Assembly: GCF_000020385.1 (NCBI RefSeq)
Contig: NC_010814.1
Location: forward strand, 1,620,001-1,652,000
From: Trichlorobacter lovleyi SZ
GTDB taxonomy: Bacteria > Desulfobacterota > Desulfuromonadia > Geobacterales > Pseudopelobacteraceae
Direction: 5' to 3'
Length of the DNA: 32,000 bases
Shown: piece after piece, positions 17,998 to 28,083 of the stretch
How the letters are laid out: every line of letters starts with the position of its first letter
How positions within the stretch are numbered: position 1 is the first letter of the stretch
The notes under the pieces: generated by a model
Databases searched by the model: none
What the model saw: the letters and a program-made list of their open reading frames with translations, nothing else
Told to the model about the DNA's origin: nothing
Position numbers and translations under genes: made by a program

Positions 17998-20900
17998 CTG
18001 GTCAACGGTTGACTGCACTGCGTAGCCTCATGACAGGCCTTCTGTTTGGTCTGGCCGGGGCGGTGCTGAACTGGTTCAAGCTGGAGCTGTTCTTTAATGT
18101 TGATTTTCTGTTCGGTTCGATTGCCACAATGGTGGCATTGCAGCGATTTGGATTGCTGGCCGGACTTTCGGCGACCCTTATTGCTTCTGCTGTGAGCATA
18201 CTGCTATGGCACCATCCCTGGGCCATCGTGATCTTTACGGCTGAGACCCTGCTGGTGTACCAGTTGACCGCTCGTCGTCGTTTCAGTCTTTTGAATGCTG
18301 ATATTCTGTACTGGTTCACTACCGGGCTGTTGCTGGTTTGGCTGTTCTACCAGCAGATAATGGGATTTAGCCTGCTTGCCACCCTGTTGATCGCCTTGAA
18401 ACAGGGAATTAACGGTATTTTTAATACCCTTCTGGCCAAAGGAATCTGTCTGCTGCCCTGGATAAGCAGCCGTGAGGAACACCAACAGAAACCAACCCTA
18501 CGTGAACTACTGTTTGTGGGACTTGCAGCCCTGGTACTGGTGCCTGCTCTCGGATTTGCCTGGTTTACTATCCACCATGGTTTCAAGCGCGATCTTGAGA
18601 CGGCCAAAGATAACCATTACCGTTTCAGTCGGGTCATCTCACAAACCACGCTTGATCTCTGGTTTGCCCAGCGGAAATTACAGGTTGAGGGGGTCGCCGC
18701 TGTTATGCCTTCCCCTGACACTACACCGTACCATCAATTACAGCATAGTCTTGAAAAGCTGAGTTCCAGCTATAGCTGTATTTGTCGTCAAATGATCCTC
18801 GATAGCCGGTCCGTTACCAAAGCTTTTGTGCCCAAGTCTGATGAACAGGGTAACTCTACCATCGGACTGGACATGAGTGACCGTCCATTTTTGAAGCGCG
18901 TTATGAGTCCTCCCTATCATTCAACCGTAGAGTTTTTTATGGGCAGGATCGGAACCCCAGGCCCCCGACTGGCAGTAGTTGCCCCGATCCATGAGGCAGG
19001 CCGTTATCAGGGGGCCGTGTTGTCGGTTTTTAAGCTGGAAGAACTTCAGAGTCTGCTTGATACGCTGAAAGGCAAGCGGCCTGTTACCATAACGTTGCTA
19101 GATCCTGAAGGACGGGTTGTTGTCAGCAGCAACAAAGATCTGAAGCCAATGACACTATTCACGTTGCCGTCTGGAGGCATCCTGCGGCTTCTGGGGGATA
19201 CGACACGCCAATGGATACCTGATCCTCAGCCTGGTGTTGGCGCCATGAAGCGCTGGCTCAGGTCATTTCTGTATCAGGAAGAAACTCTGCATAGTCTGCC
19301 GGGCTGGAAACTGGTCACTCAGTGGTCGCTGCAACCGTTGCTGTTACAGACCAGTCAACAGGTTTCACGAGTGTTGGGGGTGATTGCCTTCGTGTTGTTG
19401 CTGGCAATTGCGTTGGCTAATTATTTTGCTAACTATCTTGCCCGGGTTTTTGTTCGTCTTGAGGAGAACACTCGCAGCCTGTCCCAGCGGATTATGGCCG
19501 GTGATGCCATTGTTTGGCCTGCCGCATCGGTACGGGAAGTGGAGGGGCTGACAGCCAATTTTCAACAGATGGCAGTCAGTCTGCAGCACCAGTCTCTTGA
19601 ACTGCAGTCATTAAATGGAGAGCTTGAACAGCGGGTACAGGAGCGTACATCTGATTTGAGAAATGCTGAAGCCCAAATGAGGACTTTGATCAACCTTATT
19701 CCCGATATTATCTGCCTGAAAGACGGCAAGGGACGCTGGTTGATTGCCAACAATTTTGACCTCGAGCTATTCGGTTTGAGCGGGGTGGCGTACCAGGGCA
19801 AGACAGATATGGAGCTGGCTTCATTCAGCCCGTTCTATCAGAATGCTTTTGCGAACTGCGAGCGCTCTGACGAACTGGCTTGGCAGGCCGGTGGGCTAAA
19901 TCGTTATGAAGAAATCATCCCCCGGCCGGATGGCTCCAGTATCACTTTTGATGTCATCAAGCTGCCGGTCTTTGAGCCGGATGGCAGTCGTAAGGCTTTA
20001 GTTGTTGTGGGGCGCGATATAACGGCCCGCAAGCTAACCGAACAAGCCCTGCAGGATGCCACTGAGGCCAAGATGCAGTTTCTGGCCAACATGTCCCATG
20101 AAATCCGCACTCCGATGAACGGCGTAATCGGTATGACCGGGCTGCTTCAGGAAAGCGGACTGAATCCGGAACAACAGCAGTATGTTGAGGTGATCAGGGC
20201 CAGCGGTGATCTGTTACTGTCCATTATCAACGATATCCTTGATTTTTCTAAAATGGAGGCGGGCAGGCTTGAACTGGAGCAAACTCCCTTTGATGTCTCG
20301 ATGATTCTTAACGAGGTGATCGATCTGGTTTCCACCCAGGCCCAGTCCAAAGGGTTGGCACTTGAACGACATCTTGAGCTTGCGCAGCCCTGTTACCTGA
20401 AAGGAGATGTCACCCGTCTACGCCAAATTCTGCTGAACCTGTTGGTAAATGCAATCAAGTTTACCGAATCCGGCAGTGTAACACTGCAGGCCCGGGTCGA
20501 ACCGGGACAGGATAGGCGAAGCATGTTGCTGTGTCAGGTCCGGGATACCGGTATCGGTATTTCGGAGCAGCAGTTGGAGACTCTTTTTGATCCATTTACC
20601 CAAGCGGATGCCTCCATAACCCGAAAATATGGCGGTACCGGGCTGGGTCTGGCCATCAGTCGCCATCTGACGCAGTTGATGGAGGGCGAAATAGGCGTAG
20701 ATAGTCACCAAGGGCAGGGGACGACCTTTCGTCTATCGATTCCGTTTCTAAGCTGCACGGAAGCTGATCTGGATCTGCTACAGCGGGAAAAGGCTGTCCA
20801 GGCACCGAAACAGAGCAGGCCTGTCCGCCTTCTGCTTGTGGAGGACAATGCCACCAACCAGCTGGTGGCTCGTACTATCCTCGAAAAGCTGGGGCATACG

Positions 20901-21593
20901 GTAGTGCTGGCTGGCAATGGCAAAGAAGCATTGGAGCTTCTGCATATGATTCCGGTTGATCTTGTGCTGATGGACTGCCAGATGCCGGTCATGGACGGTT
21001 TTGAAGCCACCCGCCGTATCAGGGCCGGCGAGGCCGGTGAGCAGAACCGGCTGCTTCCGGTGCTGGCCATGACCGCCCATGCCTTTGCGGAGGACAGAGA
21101 GCGCTCCCGCGCGGCAGGTATGGATGACTACCTGACCAAACCGGTGCAACTGACAACCTTGTCCAAGGCCGTCACTACCTGGCAGGGGCGGCATCATGGC
21201 GTCGGTCATGCACCTGCACCGGATGAAACATCAGTACCTCCTGTGGAACACGCCCCAACTGGCATCTTCGATCAGGATGGCCTTCTGTCTCGTCTGGATG
21301 GAGATCATGAGCTGGCAGCAGCAACAATCAACATCTTTCTTGACGGTGTTGAGGACCTAATGGTGGGGTTAAGCCATGCCCTGGAGTCTCGCGATCGTAA
21401 TGCTATTGCCATGCAGGCCCATGGACTGCGAGGGGCTGCCTTGAATTGTGGCGCCGACAAAGTTACAGCAGTGGCCCAACGGCTCGAATATCAGGTTCGT
21501 GAAGGCCATCTTGAAGGTACTGAACAGTTGCTGAACGAATTAAGGCATGAGATTCGCCTCTACTGTCAAACCGTGCAGCATTTGAAGCGGTAG
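17994..21593 (+). CDS. hybrid sensor histidine kinase (polytopic N-terminal membrane domain, periplasmic Cache-like domain, PAS, HisKA-HATPase-REC-Hpt)
   Basis: 1199 aa. Its ATG overlaps the upstream stop (ATGA at 17994-17997). About 6 hydrophobic helices in aa 1-190. A second TM lies near nt 19375-19445. H-box His702 (nt 20097-20099). '[10 protein letters not shown]'. REC: '[13 protein letters not shown]'. Hpt: '[12 protein letters not shown]'. Confidence 0.9.
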   Translation: MTGQRLTALRSLMTGLLFGLAGAVLNWFKLELFFNVDFLFGSIATMVALQRFGLLAGLSATLIASAVSILLWHHPWAIVIFTAETLLVYQLTARRRFSLLNADILYWFTTGLLLVWLFYQQIMGFSLLATLLIALKQGINGIFNTLLAKGICLLPWISSREEHQQKPTLRELLFVGLAALVLVPALGFAWFTIHHGFKRDLETAKDNHYRFSRVISQTTLDLWFAQRKLQVEGVAAVMPSPDTTPYHQLQHSLEKLSSSYSCICRQMILDSRSVTKAFVPKSDEQGNSTIGLDMSDRPFLKRVMSPPYHSTVEFFMGRIGTPGPRLAVVAPIHEAGRYQGAVLSVFKLEELQSLLDTLKGKRPVTITLLDPEGRVVVSSNKDLKPMTLFTLPSGGILRLLGDTTRQWIPDPQPGVGAMKRWLRSFLYQEETLHSLPGWKLVTQWSLQPLLLQTSQQVSRVLGVIAFVLLLAIALANYFANYLARVFVRLEENTRSLSQRIMAGDAIVWPAASVREVEGLTANFQQMAVSLQHQSLELQSLNGELEQRVQERTSDLRNAEAQMRTLINLIPDIICLKDGKGRWLIANNFDLELFGLSGVAYQGKTDMELASFSPFYQNAFANCERSDELAWQAGGLNRYEEIIPRPDGSSITFDVIKLPVFEPDGSRKALVVVGRDITARKLTEQALQDATEAKMQFLANMSHEIRTPMNGVIGMTGLLQESGLNPEQQQYVEVIRASGDLLLSIINDILDFSKMEAGRLELEQTPFDVSMILNEVIDLVSTQAQSKGLALERHLELAQPCYLKGDVTRLRQILLNLLVNAIKFTESGSVTLQARVEPGQDRRSMLLCQVRDTGIGISEQQLETLFDPFTQADASITRKYGGTGLGLAISRHLTQLMEGEIGVDSHQGQGTTFRLSIPFLSCTEADLDLLQREKAVQAPKQSRPVRLLLVEDNATNQLVARTILEKLGHTVVLAGNGKEALELLHMIPVDLVLMDCQMPVMDGFEATRRIRAGEAGEQNRLLPVLAMTAHAFAEDRERSRAAGMDDYLTKPVQLTTLSKAVTTWQGRHHGVGHAPAPDETSVPPVEHAPTGIFDQDGLLSRLDGDHELAAATINIFLDGVEDLMVGLSHALESRDRNAIAMQAHGLRGAALNCGADKVTAVAQRLEYQVREGHLEGTEQLLNELRHEIRLYCQTVQHLKR

Positions 21594-21618
21594 CATCTTT
21601 GCTTACAAAGGAAACAGC

Positions 21619-24606
21619 TTGCGTTTTTCAACCATACAAAGTCGTCTGATAGTCAGTATCTCACTGTTTCTGCTACTAGTCATGAGCGGAGCTGCCATTG
21701 GTATTTACCTGTATTTTAAGCAGCAAACCGTCAGTCTGGTCCAGGCACAGCAGTTTGCCATGGTCTCCACCCTCGCTTCCGGACTGGATGACAAACTCAG
21801 CTCGGCTCAACTGGCCTTGATTCGTTCCGCTGGCAGCGCCCCCCGGGATCTGTTCAATAATCCGGAAAAAGCACAGGCATGGCTGAACAGCCGTACCGGC
21901 ACCAAAAGTATCTTCAGTGGCGGCCTGTTTTTGTTTACGCCAGAAGGAATGCTGCTGGTGGAGAACCCGCGACTGCCCAGCCGCCGCGGTAGGGATTTCT
22001 CCTTTCGTGAATACTACCTGAAAACCGTTGCCAGCGGCAAACCGGTGATATCCAATCCTTATCCCTCCTCAATACATGGACGTCCCAGCATCATGATGAC
22101 CGTTCCGCTCTTTCACGCCGACGGACGGCTATCGGGGATCATGGGCGGGGCACTGGACCTGTTGGACAAAGACAGCTTTCTTAATGTCCTGACCAGAACC
22201 AGGGTTGGCAAGAGTGGCTATTTTTACCTGTATGCGCAGGACCGCACCATGATAGCTCATCCAGACCCAAGCCGGATCATGCAGCAGGATGTGCTGCCCG
22301 GTATGAATCGTCTGTTTGACAAGGCGTTGGAGGGCTTTGAAGGGAGCGGCGAGACGGTTAACAGTAAAGGGGTGCGGGCACTCTCTTCCTTTAAGCGGCT
22401 CAAGAGTGCCGGCTGGATTTTGGCTGCTAATTTGCCGACAACAGAGGCCTATCAGCCGGTACAGCGTTTCAGGCTGTTTTTTCTGGGGGGGATGATCCTG
22501 GTTATGCTGATGGCAGTCTGGGGGGTCCGGCTGCTTGTCGGGACGTTTACTGCCGGACTTGCCAGGCTTAGTGAACGCATGGAACAGATTGATCCGCAAC
22601 ATCTGGCAGATGCATCACCTATAAAGCTTTTGAGCGACGATGAAGTGGGCCGATTGGCAGCAACGTTCAACAACCTGCTGACTGAGGTGGCGCAGACAGA
22701 CAAGCGTCTACGGGAAAGCGAAACAAACTTTCGAACTTTTTTTGATACCATAGACCATTTCTTGTTTGTGCTGGATCATAACGGTCTGATACTCAAGGTG
22801 AATCAAACGGTTACTCAACGTTTGGGCTATGAAGAATCAGAACTGCTGGGGCAGCATGTGCTGGTTATCCACCCGGCAGAGCGGCGTGATGAAGCCGGCA
22901 GGATCATCACAGAAATGCTGGCTGGTACCGTCTCCTTCTGCCCGGTACCGCTGGTTTGTAAGGATGGTCGCTTGATAGCGGTGGAAACACAGGTGGTGGC
23001 AGGGACCTGGAACGGCCGCCCGGCGCTGTTTGGCATTACGAAGGATATTTCCGTTCTGCAGGAGTCGGAAGAGAAGTTCTCTCGGGCTTTTAATGCCAGC
23101 CCGGCATTGATGGCCCTCAGCACACTTGAAGACGGGGTCTACCTTGATGTGAACGAGGCTTTCTTGCAGCAGTCGGGCTTTGCTAGAGATGAAGTAATCG
23201 GAAAGAGTTCTCTGGAGCTTGGGCTGTTTACCGATTACGAGCAGCGGCTTGAGATGAGGCGTCTGCTGAATGAGCAGCAGCGGGTCAGAAACAAAAAAAT
23301 TGTCATGCGATCAAAATCAGGCGGGTTGCTGTATGGTCTGTTTTCTGCTGAATTAATCCGGCTGCAGCAACGGGATCTGCTTCTGACGGTAATGGTTGAT
23401 ATAACCGATCGCGTCAATGCGGAACATGCCCTGCTGGAGGCAAAGCAGGCAGCGGAATCTGCCAGCCGGGCCAAGAGCGAGTTTCTGGCTAACATGAGTC
23501 ATGAGATCCGTACGCCAATGAACGGTGTGCTGGGCATGGCCGAACTGCTTGCCTTCACCGACCTGACAGCTGAACAGGAACAGTACCTGGCCTGTATCAA
23601 AAGCTCTGGTGATAACCTGTTGGCATTGATCAATGATATCCTTGACCTTTCCAAGATTGAGGCTGGCAAGATTGAGCTTGAATATGCTGATTTTTCGCTC
23701 AGAAAGGCAATTAATGACGTTGTTACTACCCAGATATCCGCTATTCATACCAAACGTCTGCAGTTCTCATGCGATCTTGCCGAGGATCTGCCTGAGATCG
23801 TGCTGGGTGACCAATTGCGCTTTAAACAGATCCTCTTGAATCTGCTTTCCAATGCCATCAAATTTACTGATCATGGTAGTGTCAGTATTAGTGCTGAATT
23901 GATAGAATGTCATTCATTTCAGTCGTTTGTGCGTGTAACTGTAGCTGACACCGGCATCGGCATCCAGGCCGAAGCACGGCAGACGATCTTTGCACCCTTT
24001 ACCCAGGCCGATAGTTCTACTACCCGTCGCTTTGGCGGTACCGGGCTGGGGCTTGCCATCAGTCGGCAGCTGGCAGAGTTGATGGGTGGGGATATCGGGC
24101 TGGAAAGCGAACCGGGCAGCGGCAGTCGTTTCTATCTTGATCTCCCGTTTGGTACCAGCAAAGGTAAACTGCAGGGGAGTGAAACCATGCCGTCGGCCAT
24201 GTTTTGGGATGGTCCTGCAGTTACGGTGCTGGTGGCTGAAGATAATGTCATGAACCAGCAGTTTATCAGCGGACTGCTGAAAAAATTGGGACTTGGCTGC
24301 CAGTTGACCAGCAATGGTCAGGAAGCGTTGGAACGCTGGCAACAGGGCGATATTGACCTGATCTTGATGGATATCCAGATGCCGGTAATGGGCGGGGAGG
24401 CGGCGTTGCATCAATTACGGCAGATGGAATCGGAGAGCGGCCGGCATGTTCCGGTGGTCGCCTTGACGGCCCACGCCTTACGGGGCGATCAGGAGCGACT
24501 GCTGGCTGCCGGGTTTGACGGTTACCTGTCCAAACCGCTTAACTTGAAAGAGTTGATGGTTGAGTTGAAGCGGGCCATTGATTCTCAAAACAGCGCAGCT
24601 GTGTAA
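21619..24606 (+). CDS. hybrid sensor histidine kinase (dCache-like periplasmic domain, HAMP, two PAS, HisKA-HATPase-REC; no Hpt)
   Basis: 995 aa with a TTG start preceded by AAGGAAAC. TM, then about 270 aa periplasmic, then TM ('[17 protein letters not shown]'). H-box His628 (nt 23500-23502). '[10 protein letters not shown]'. REC: '[13 protein letters not shown]'. Confidence 0.9.
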   Translation: MRFSTIQSRLIVSISLFLLLVMSGAAIGIYLYFKQQTVSLVQAQQFAMVSTLASGLDDKLSSAQLALIRSAGSAPRDLFNNPEKAQAWLNSRTGTKSIFSGGLFLFTPEGMLLVENPRLPSRRGRDFSFREYYLKTVASGKPVISNPYPSSIHGRPSIMMTVPLFHADGRLSGIMGGALDLLDKDSFLNVLTRTRVGKSGYFYLYAQDRTMIAHPDPSRIMQQDVLPGMNRLFDKALEGFEGSGETVNSKGVRALSSFKRLKSAGWILAANLPTTEAYQPVQRFRLFFLGGMILVMLMAVWGVRLLVGTFTAGLARLSERMEQIDPQHLADASPIKLLSDDEVGRLAATFNNLLTEVAQTDKRLRESETNFRTFFDTIDHFLFVLDHNGLILKVNQTVTQRLGYEESELLGQHVLVIHPAERRDEAGRIITEMLAGTVSFCPVPLVCKDGRLIAVETQVVAGTWNGRPALFGITKDISVLQESEEKFSRAFNASPALMALSTLEDGVYLDVNEAFLQQSGFARDEVIGKSSLELGLFTDYEQRLEMRRLLNEQQRVRNKKIVMRSKSGGLLYGLFSAELIRLQQRDLLLTVMVDITDRVNAEHALLEAKQAAESASRAKSEFLANMSHEIRTPMNGVLGMAELLAFTDLTAEQEQYLACIKSSGDNLLALINDILDLSKIEAGKIELEYADFSLRKAINDVVTTQISAIHTKRLQFSCDLAEDLPEIVLGDQLRFKQILLNLLSNAIKFTDHGSVSISAELIECHSFQSFVRVTVADTGIGIQAEARQTIFAPFTQADSSTTRRFGGTGLGLAISRQLAELMGGDIGLESEPGSGSRFYLDLPFGTSKGKLQGSETMPSAMFWDGPAVTVLVAEDNVMNQQFISGLLKKLGLGCQLTSNGQEALERWQQGDIDLILMDIQMPVMGGEAALHQLRQMESESGRHVPVVALTAHALRGDQERLLAAGFDGYLSKPLNLKELMVELKRAIDSQNSAAV

Positions 24607-24709
24607 ACCTGAACCGGAGGACAGCGTCTATTTTCACATGATCACTTCTGTCATAGCTAAATTGTAGCGGGATAGGTGAATCGCCCTATTGCAATTGGGA
24701 AAAAATCTG

Positions 24710-24737
24710 TTACAAGCGGTGCAGTGTTTTGTATACA
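24710..24737 (+). promoter_or_regulatory. candidate sigma70-type promoter for the hydrogenase operon
   Basis: TTACAA (24710-24715), a 16-nt spacer, then TATACA (24732-24737), about 60 nt upstream of the first gene. It overlaps the palindrome TGTATACA and the inverted repeat GTTACA...TGTAAC. Motif match only. Confidence 0.25.
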
Positions 24738-24795
24738 TAATGTAACTCACTGCTTTCAGACAAAATCCGTCACCGTAGAAGGAGGCAGCCTGAAC

Positions 24796-25320
24796 ATGTC
24801 AGCCGCCATGCCCGCAACAGCTCTTTCCGATCCCCGATTTGCCCTGCAGGAGACCATGGTCTTTCTGGGGGCGATTGCCAGCGGTATGGAGGAGGCGATT
24901 GGCGAGTCAGCCAACAGCATTTCCTATCTGGCCGGTAAAAACCTGGGAAAAAACCTCTCCGGCAGCATCCCCAAAACCGATGACCTTGAACAGGCGCTGC
25001 AGGCGACCCGTGACGTGCTGGTCAAGAACGGTTTTCTCTGGTTGTTCGAGACCTTCAAGATGCATGATCAACCCTCACTGGTGCAGCAGACCGCGGAAGG
25101 TCAGGAGATCAATCTGGTCTTTCGCGACTGCATGATCCGCCAGTCACTGTTTCGCTTCGGCCACTGCCAGAAAGGGTCGCTCTGCACCATGATGAACGGT
25201 TTCTTTGCCGGCGCCCTGCAGACCATCATGGGGGCTGACTCTGCGCTGGAAATTGTCCATGCCGGTGAAAATGCCTGCATGAAGAAGTTGACCATCCGCA
25301 GGGCAGGGGGTGCAGCATGA
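24796..25320 (+). CDS. V4R-domain-like small protein (four conserved Cys)
   Basis: 174 aa from ATG 24796, with GGAGG 10 nt upstream; the track ORF's GTG 24676 extension has no support. The C-terminal 'FRDCMIRQSLFRFGHCQKGSLCTMMNGFFAGALQTIMG...HAGENACMKKL' fits the V4R (4-vinyl reductase / XylR N-terminal type) pattern C...C..G...G....C. Its stop overlaps the next start (ATGA). Confidence 0.55.
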   Translation: MSAAMPATALSDPRFALQETMVFLGAIASGMEEAIGESANSISYLAGKNLGKNLSGSIPKTDDLEQALQATRDVLVKNGFLWLFETFKMHDQPSLVQQTAEGQEINLVFRDCMIRQSLFRFGHCQKGSLCTMMNGFFAGALQTIMGADSALEIVHAGENACMKKLTIRRAGGAA

Positions 25321-26267
25321 GCGCCGAACCGGTAACTATTAATACTGAATGGCTGTCTGACTGTTCCGGCTGCCATATTGCCATTGTTGACCTGCATGAA
25401 AAAATCCTGTCGGTGCTGGAGTCGGTCAAGATTCAGCGCTGCCCGGTGCTCACGGATGTTAAGGACTACCCGCCCGCCAAGATCGGTCTGGTATCCGGCG
25501 CCATCCGCAACGAGCATGACCGCCATGCCGCCATTGAGATGCGCAAAAGCTGCGATCTGATCATTGCCTGGGGTTCATGCGCCGTATTTGGCGGTCCGGC
25601 AGGCGCAGGCAACGTGCATACCCGTGAAGAGATCGCTGATGCGGTCTACCTGCAGAACAAGACCACCAGCACCAGCACTCTGCCCAATCGTGAGATTTCT
25701 CCCCTTGAGGTGTCGGTAACCCCGATTGACAAGGTGATCGACGTTGATCTGTATCTGGCCGGCTGTCCTCCTCATCCCACCTATATCTTTGATGCCCTGG
25801 TTTCTCTGCTGGAAGGGAAGCAGCCCAAGGCCACCAAAGAATCGGTCTGCGCCAAGTGCAAGCGCCAGATGAAAAAAAGTGATGTTGCTGCCATCAAACA
25901 GCATACCGACGGTATGCCGGACCCGGAAATCTGCTTTCTCTCCCAAGGCTACATCTGTATGGGGTCAGCCACCATTGACCGCTGTCTTTCCCCCTGCCCA
26001 ACCAACGGCGTGCCCTGTACCGGTTGCGCCGGGGCCACCATGCAGATCCTGAGTGAGCCCAACCGTGATATCCGTACCGAGATTGCGGAGCGGATGGCGC
26101 GGCTGACCAAGATCCCTAAAGAGGAGATCGTCAAGGAGATTGAGAAGAGTTCAAAATCCCACTATTCCTACACCATGGCCAGTTCCATGATCAGCGAGAA
26201 GCCAACCTTTCTGATCAATAAGTGGATTCATGAAGCCAATGAAGATTATGAAGCCGTACACGGGTAA
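25317..26267 (+). CDS. [NiFe]-hydrogenase small subunit, cytoplasmic MvhG-like (group 3 type)
   Basis: 316 aa. 'WLSDCSGCHIAIVDLHEKIL', 'WGSCAVFGGP' and 'LAGCPPHP' are the proximal-cluster Cys. The C-terminal Cys cluster is 'CAKCKRQ...CFLSQGYICMGSATIDRCLSPCPTNGVPCTGCAG'. No twin-arginine signal. Confidence 0.9.
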   Translation: MSAEPVTINTEWLSDCSGCHIAIVDLHEKILSVLESVKIQRCPVLTDVKDYPPAKIGLVSGAIRNEHDRHAAIEMRKSCDLIIAWGSCAVFGGPAGAGNVHTREEIADAVYLQNKTTSTSTLPNREISPLEVSVTPIDKVIDVDLYLAGCPPHPTYIFDALVSLLEGKQPKATKESVCAKCKRQMKKSDVAAIKQHTDGMPDPEICFLSQGYICMGSATIDRCLSPCPTNGVPCTGCAGATMQILSEPNRDIRTEIAERMARLTKIPKEEIVKEIEKSSKSHYSYTMASSMISEKPTFLINKWIHEANEDYEAVHG

Positions 26268-26340
26268 CCCCTCCAACCTCCCCTTATCAGGGGAGACGTA
26301 GCGACTTCCCCCCTGACAAGGGGGGACTGAGGGGGGGTGG
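26268..26340. repeat. C/G-run palindromic (REP-like) element between the small- and large-subunit genes
   Basis: Two similar hairpins: ctcccc-ttatca-ggggag (26278-26295) and tcccccc-tgacaa-gggggga (26307-26326). They are flanked by cccctccaacc and followed by a G7 run (26331-26337). The AAGAGGAGG RBS of the large subunit follows at 26356-26364. Confidence 0.6.
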
Positions 26341-26374
26341 CTTTTGAAGTATCTAAGAGGAGGTATAGCTCACG

Positions 26375-27814
26375 ATGTCTGCCCAAACTGAAACGCCTAA
26401 TTCCAGAACCATCCGGATTGACCCGGTGACCCGTATCGAAGGCCATGCCAAGGTCTTTGTCAATCTGGCTGAAGATGGTTCTCTTGATAATGCCGGACTG
26501 GTGGTAAACGAGCTGCGCGGTTTTGAGAAGATCCTGGTGGGGATGGAGGCTAACCGGATGCCCCACATTACGGCCCGGATCTGCGGGGTCTGTCCTACGG
26601 CCCACCATATTGCCGCCTCCAACGCCCTTGACCATGCCTGTGGTGTGGTTGCCCCACCGGCTGCCATGCTGCTGCGGGAGCTGATGTATATGGGGCATAT
26701 CATTCACTCCCACGCCCTGTCCCTGTTTGTGCTGCAGGGGCCCGATCTGGTGCTGGGGCTGGATGCTGATCCGGCCATCCGCAATGTGGTGGGGATTGTC
26801 CAGGCTAACCCCGAGGTGGCGAAAAAGGCGCTACGGATCAGGACCGTCGGTCAACGTCTGAACGAGATTGTCGGTGGGCGTGGTACCCATCCGGTTACCT
26901 CGGTGGCCGGCGGTATTACCTTTGTGTTGGATAGTGAAAAACGTGCCATGCTGCAGAGTCTGGTGGATGAAGGCAAGCAGCTTGCCAAGGATCTGGCACC
27001 GGTGGTCAAGCAGTTGGTGGTGACCATGCTGGAAAGGCACCCGGCCATGCTGACCGATTGGGTTGCCCCTTCCTGGAGTGTGGGCACGGTGCTGGATAAC
27101 CGGGTCTCACTGATTCAAGGGAACATCCGTGCGGTTGACGAAAACGGTATCACCCAGGTTGAGTTCCCGGTGCAGGACTATGACAAGTACATGGTTGAGT
27201 CGGTGGTTGACTTCTCCTACATGAAGCGGGTCGGCTTTAAGAAGGGTGGCCTGCTGCATGACTACCGGGTTGGTCCCCTGGCCAGAATCAATGCCATGCA
27301 GCAGTTCAGCACCGAATGGGCCAACCGTGAGATGGAAGAGATGCTCAAACTGGGCGGCTATCCCTGCCACATCACCCTGTTTCAGGCCTATGCCAAACTG
27401 GTTGAGATGATCTGGGCCATTGAACGGGCAGACGATATCCTGCGTGACCCGGCAGTAAACGGCGAGACACGGGTACCGGTCAAGTTTCAGGGCGGTCGCG
27501 CTGTCGGTCATTCCGAGGCACCTCGCGGCACCCTGATCCATGACTATGAGATTGATGAAGACGGCATTGTGCGGGCAGCCAACCTGATTGTTGCCACCCA
27601 GCAGAATTACGCCATCATCAACCGTTCCATTGAGCATGCCGCCAAGTCTCACGTTATCGGAAAGAGTGATGATCAGGCCCTGTTAAATGCCATTGAGTTC
27701 AGCATCCGCTGTTATGATCCCTGTCTTTCTTGCGCCACCCATGCCGTGGGGGCCATGCCGATGGAGATCAGCATCAACCGTGGCGGCCGGACCGTCAAAA
27801 CCATCAGGAGGTAG
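26375..27814 (+). CDS. [NiFe]-hydrogenase large subunit (MvhA-like, group 3 type)
   Basis: 479 aa. 'RIEGH' (aa 20-24). N-terminal Ni/Fe ligands 'RICGVCPTAHH' (Cys70/Cys73). C-terminal 'DPCLSCATH' (Cys450/Cys453/His456), followed by a 23-aa extension of the kind removed by the maturation endopeptidase. Confidence 0.95.
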   Translation: MSAQTETPNSRTIRIDPVTRIEGHAKVFVNLAEDGSLDNAGLVVNELRGFEKILVGMEANRMPHITARICGVCPTAHHIAASNALDHACGVVAPPAAMLLRELMYMGHIIHSHALSLFVLQGPDLVLGLDADPAIRNVVGIVQANPEVAKKALRIRTVGQRLNEIVGGRGTHPVTSVAGGITFVLDSEKRAMLQSLVDEGKQLAKDLAPVVKQLVVTMLERHPAMLTDWVAPSWSVGTVLDNRVSLIQGNIRAVDENGITQVEFPVQDYDKYMVESVVDFSYMKRVGFKKGGLLHDYRVGPLARINAMQQFSTEWANREMEEMLKLGGYPCHITLFQAYAKLVEMIWAIERADDILRDPAVNGETRVPVKFQGGRAVGHSEAPRGTLIHDYEIDEDGIVRAANLIVATQQNYAIINRSIEHAAKSHVIGKSDDQALLNAIEFSIRCYDPCLSCATHAVGAMPMEISINRGGRTVKTIRR

Positions 27815-27816
27815 CC

Positions 27817-28083
27817 ATGTCAACAGGCTCTACGGTTGAAATCAAGGTACATGAGCAGGCCTGCCGGGGGTGCGAGATGTGCGTTGATATCTGCCCCACC
27901 AAGGTGTTTGATTTTGATGAAGAGAAGCGGCTCTGTACGGTGGGGCATGCAGAAGACTGCATCGCCTGCCTTTCCTGCGCCTTTATCTGTCCATCCGGCG
28001 CCATTACCCATGACAACTATCACCAGGTAAAGAACTTCTACCGCGATCTTGAGTTCAGCAAGCGGATGGGGAAATTCCTATGA
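27817..28083 (+). CDS. 2x[4Fe-4S] ferredoxin
   Basis: 88 aa from ATG 27817 (AGGAGG upstream, 2 nt after the large-subunit stop). Two CxxCxxCxxxCP motifs: 'CRGCEMCVDICP' and 'CIACLSCAFICP'. The track ORF's upstream extension overlaps the large subunit. Confidence 0.85.
   Translation: MSTGSTVEIKVHEQACRGCEMCVDICPTKVFDFDEEKRLCTVGHAEDCIACLSCAFICPSGAITHDNYHQVKNFYRDLEFSKRMGKFL

Noticed and set aside
17383-18018. 211-aa and 107-aa minus-strand ORFs across the kinase 1 / kinase 2 junction.
   Set aside because: They are antisense to the REC/Hpt region of kinase 1. They have no motifs and a biased Gln/Leu/Gly composition.
24676-24795. GTG-initiated 40-codon extension of the first V4R-like ORF.
   Set aside because: There is no RBS, the extension lies in the likely promoter region, and the internal ATG 24796 has a GGAGG at proper spacing.
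27107-27652. 181-aa minus-strand ORF inside the hydrogenase large-subunit gene. Similar shadow ORFs occur at 26246-26713, 26353-26703 and 25101-25526.
   Set aside because: The plus-strand frames carry unambiguous [NiFe]-hydrogenase motifs. The 26246-26713 ORF also reads through the REP-like element.
27730-27816. Upstream extension of the ferredoxin ORF, overlapping the large-subunit 3' end.
   Set aside because: It is out of frame within the hydrogenase gene. ATG 27817 follows the large-subunit stop by 2 nt and has an AGGAGG RBS.
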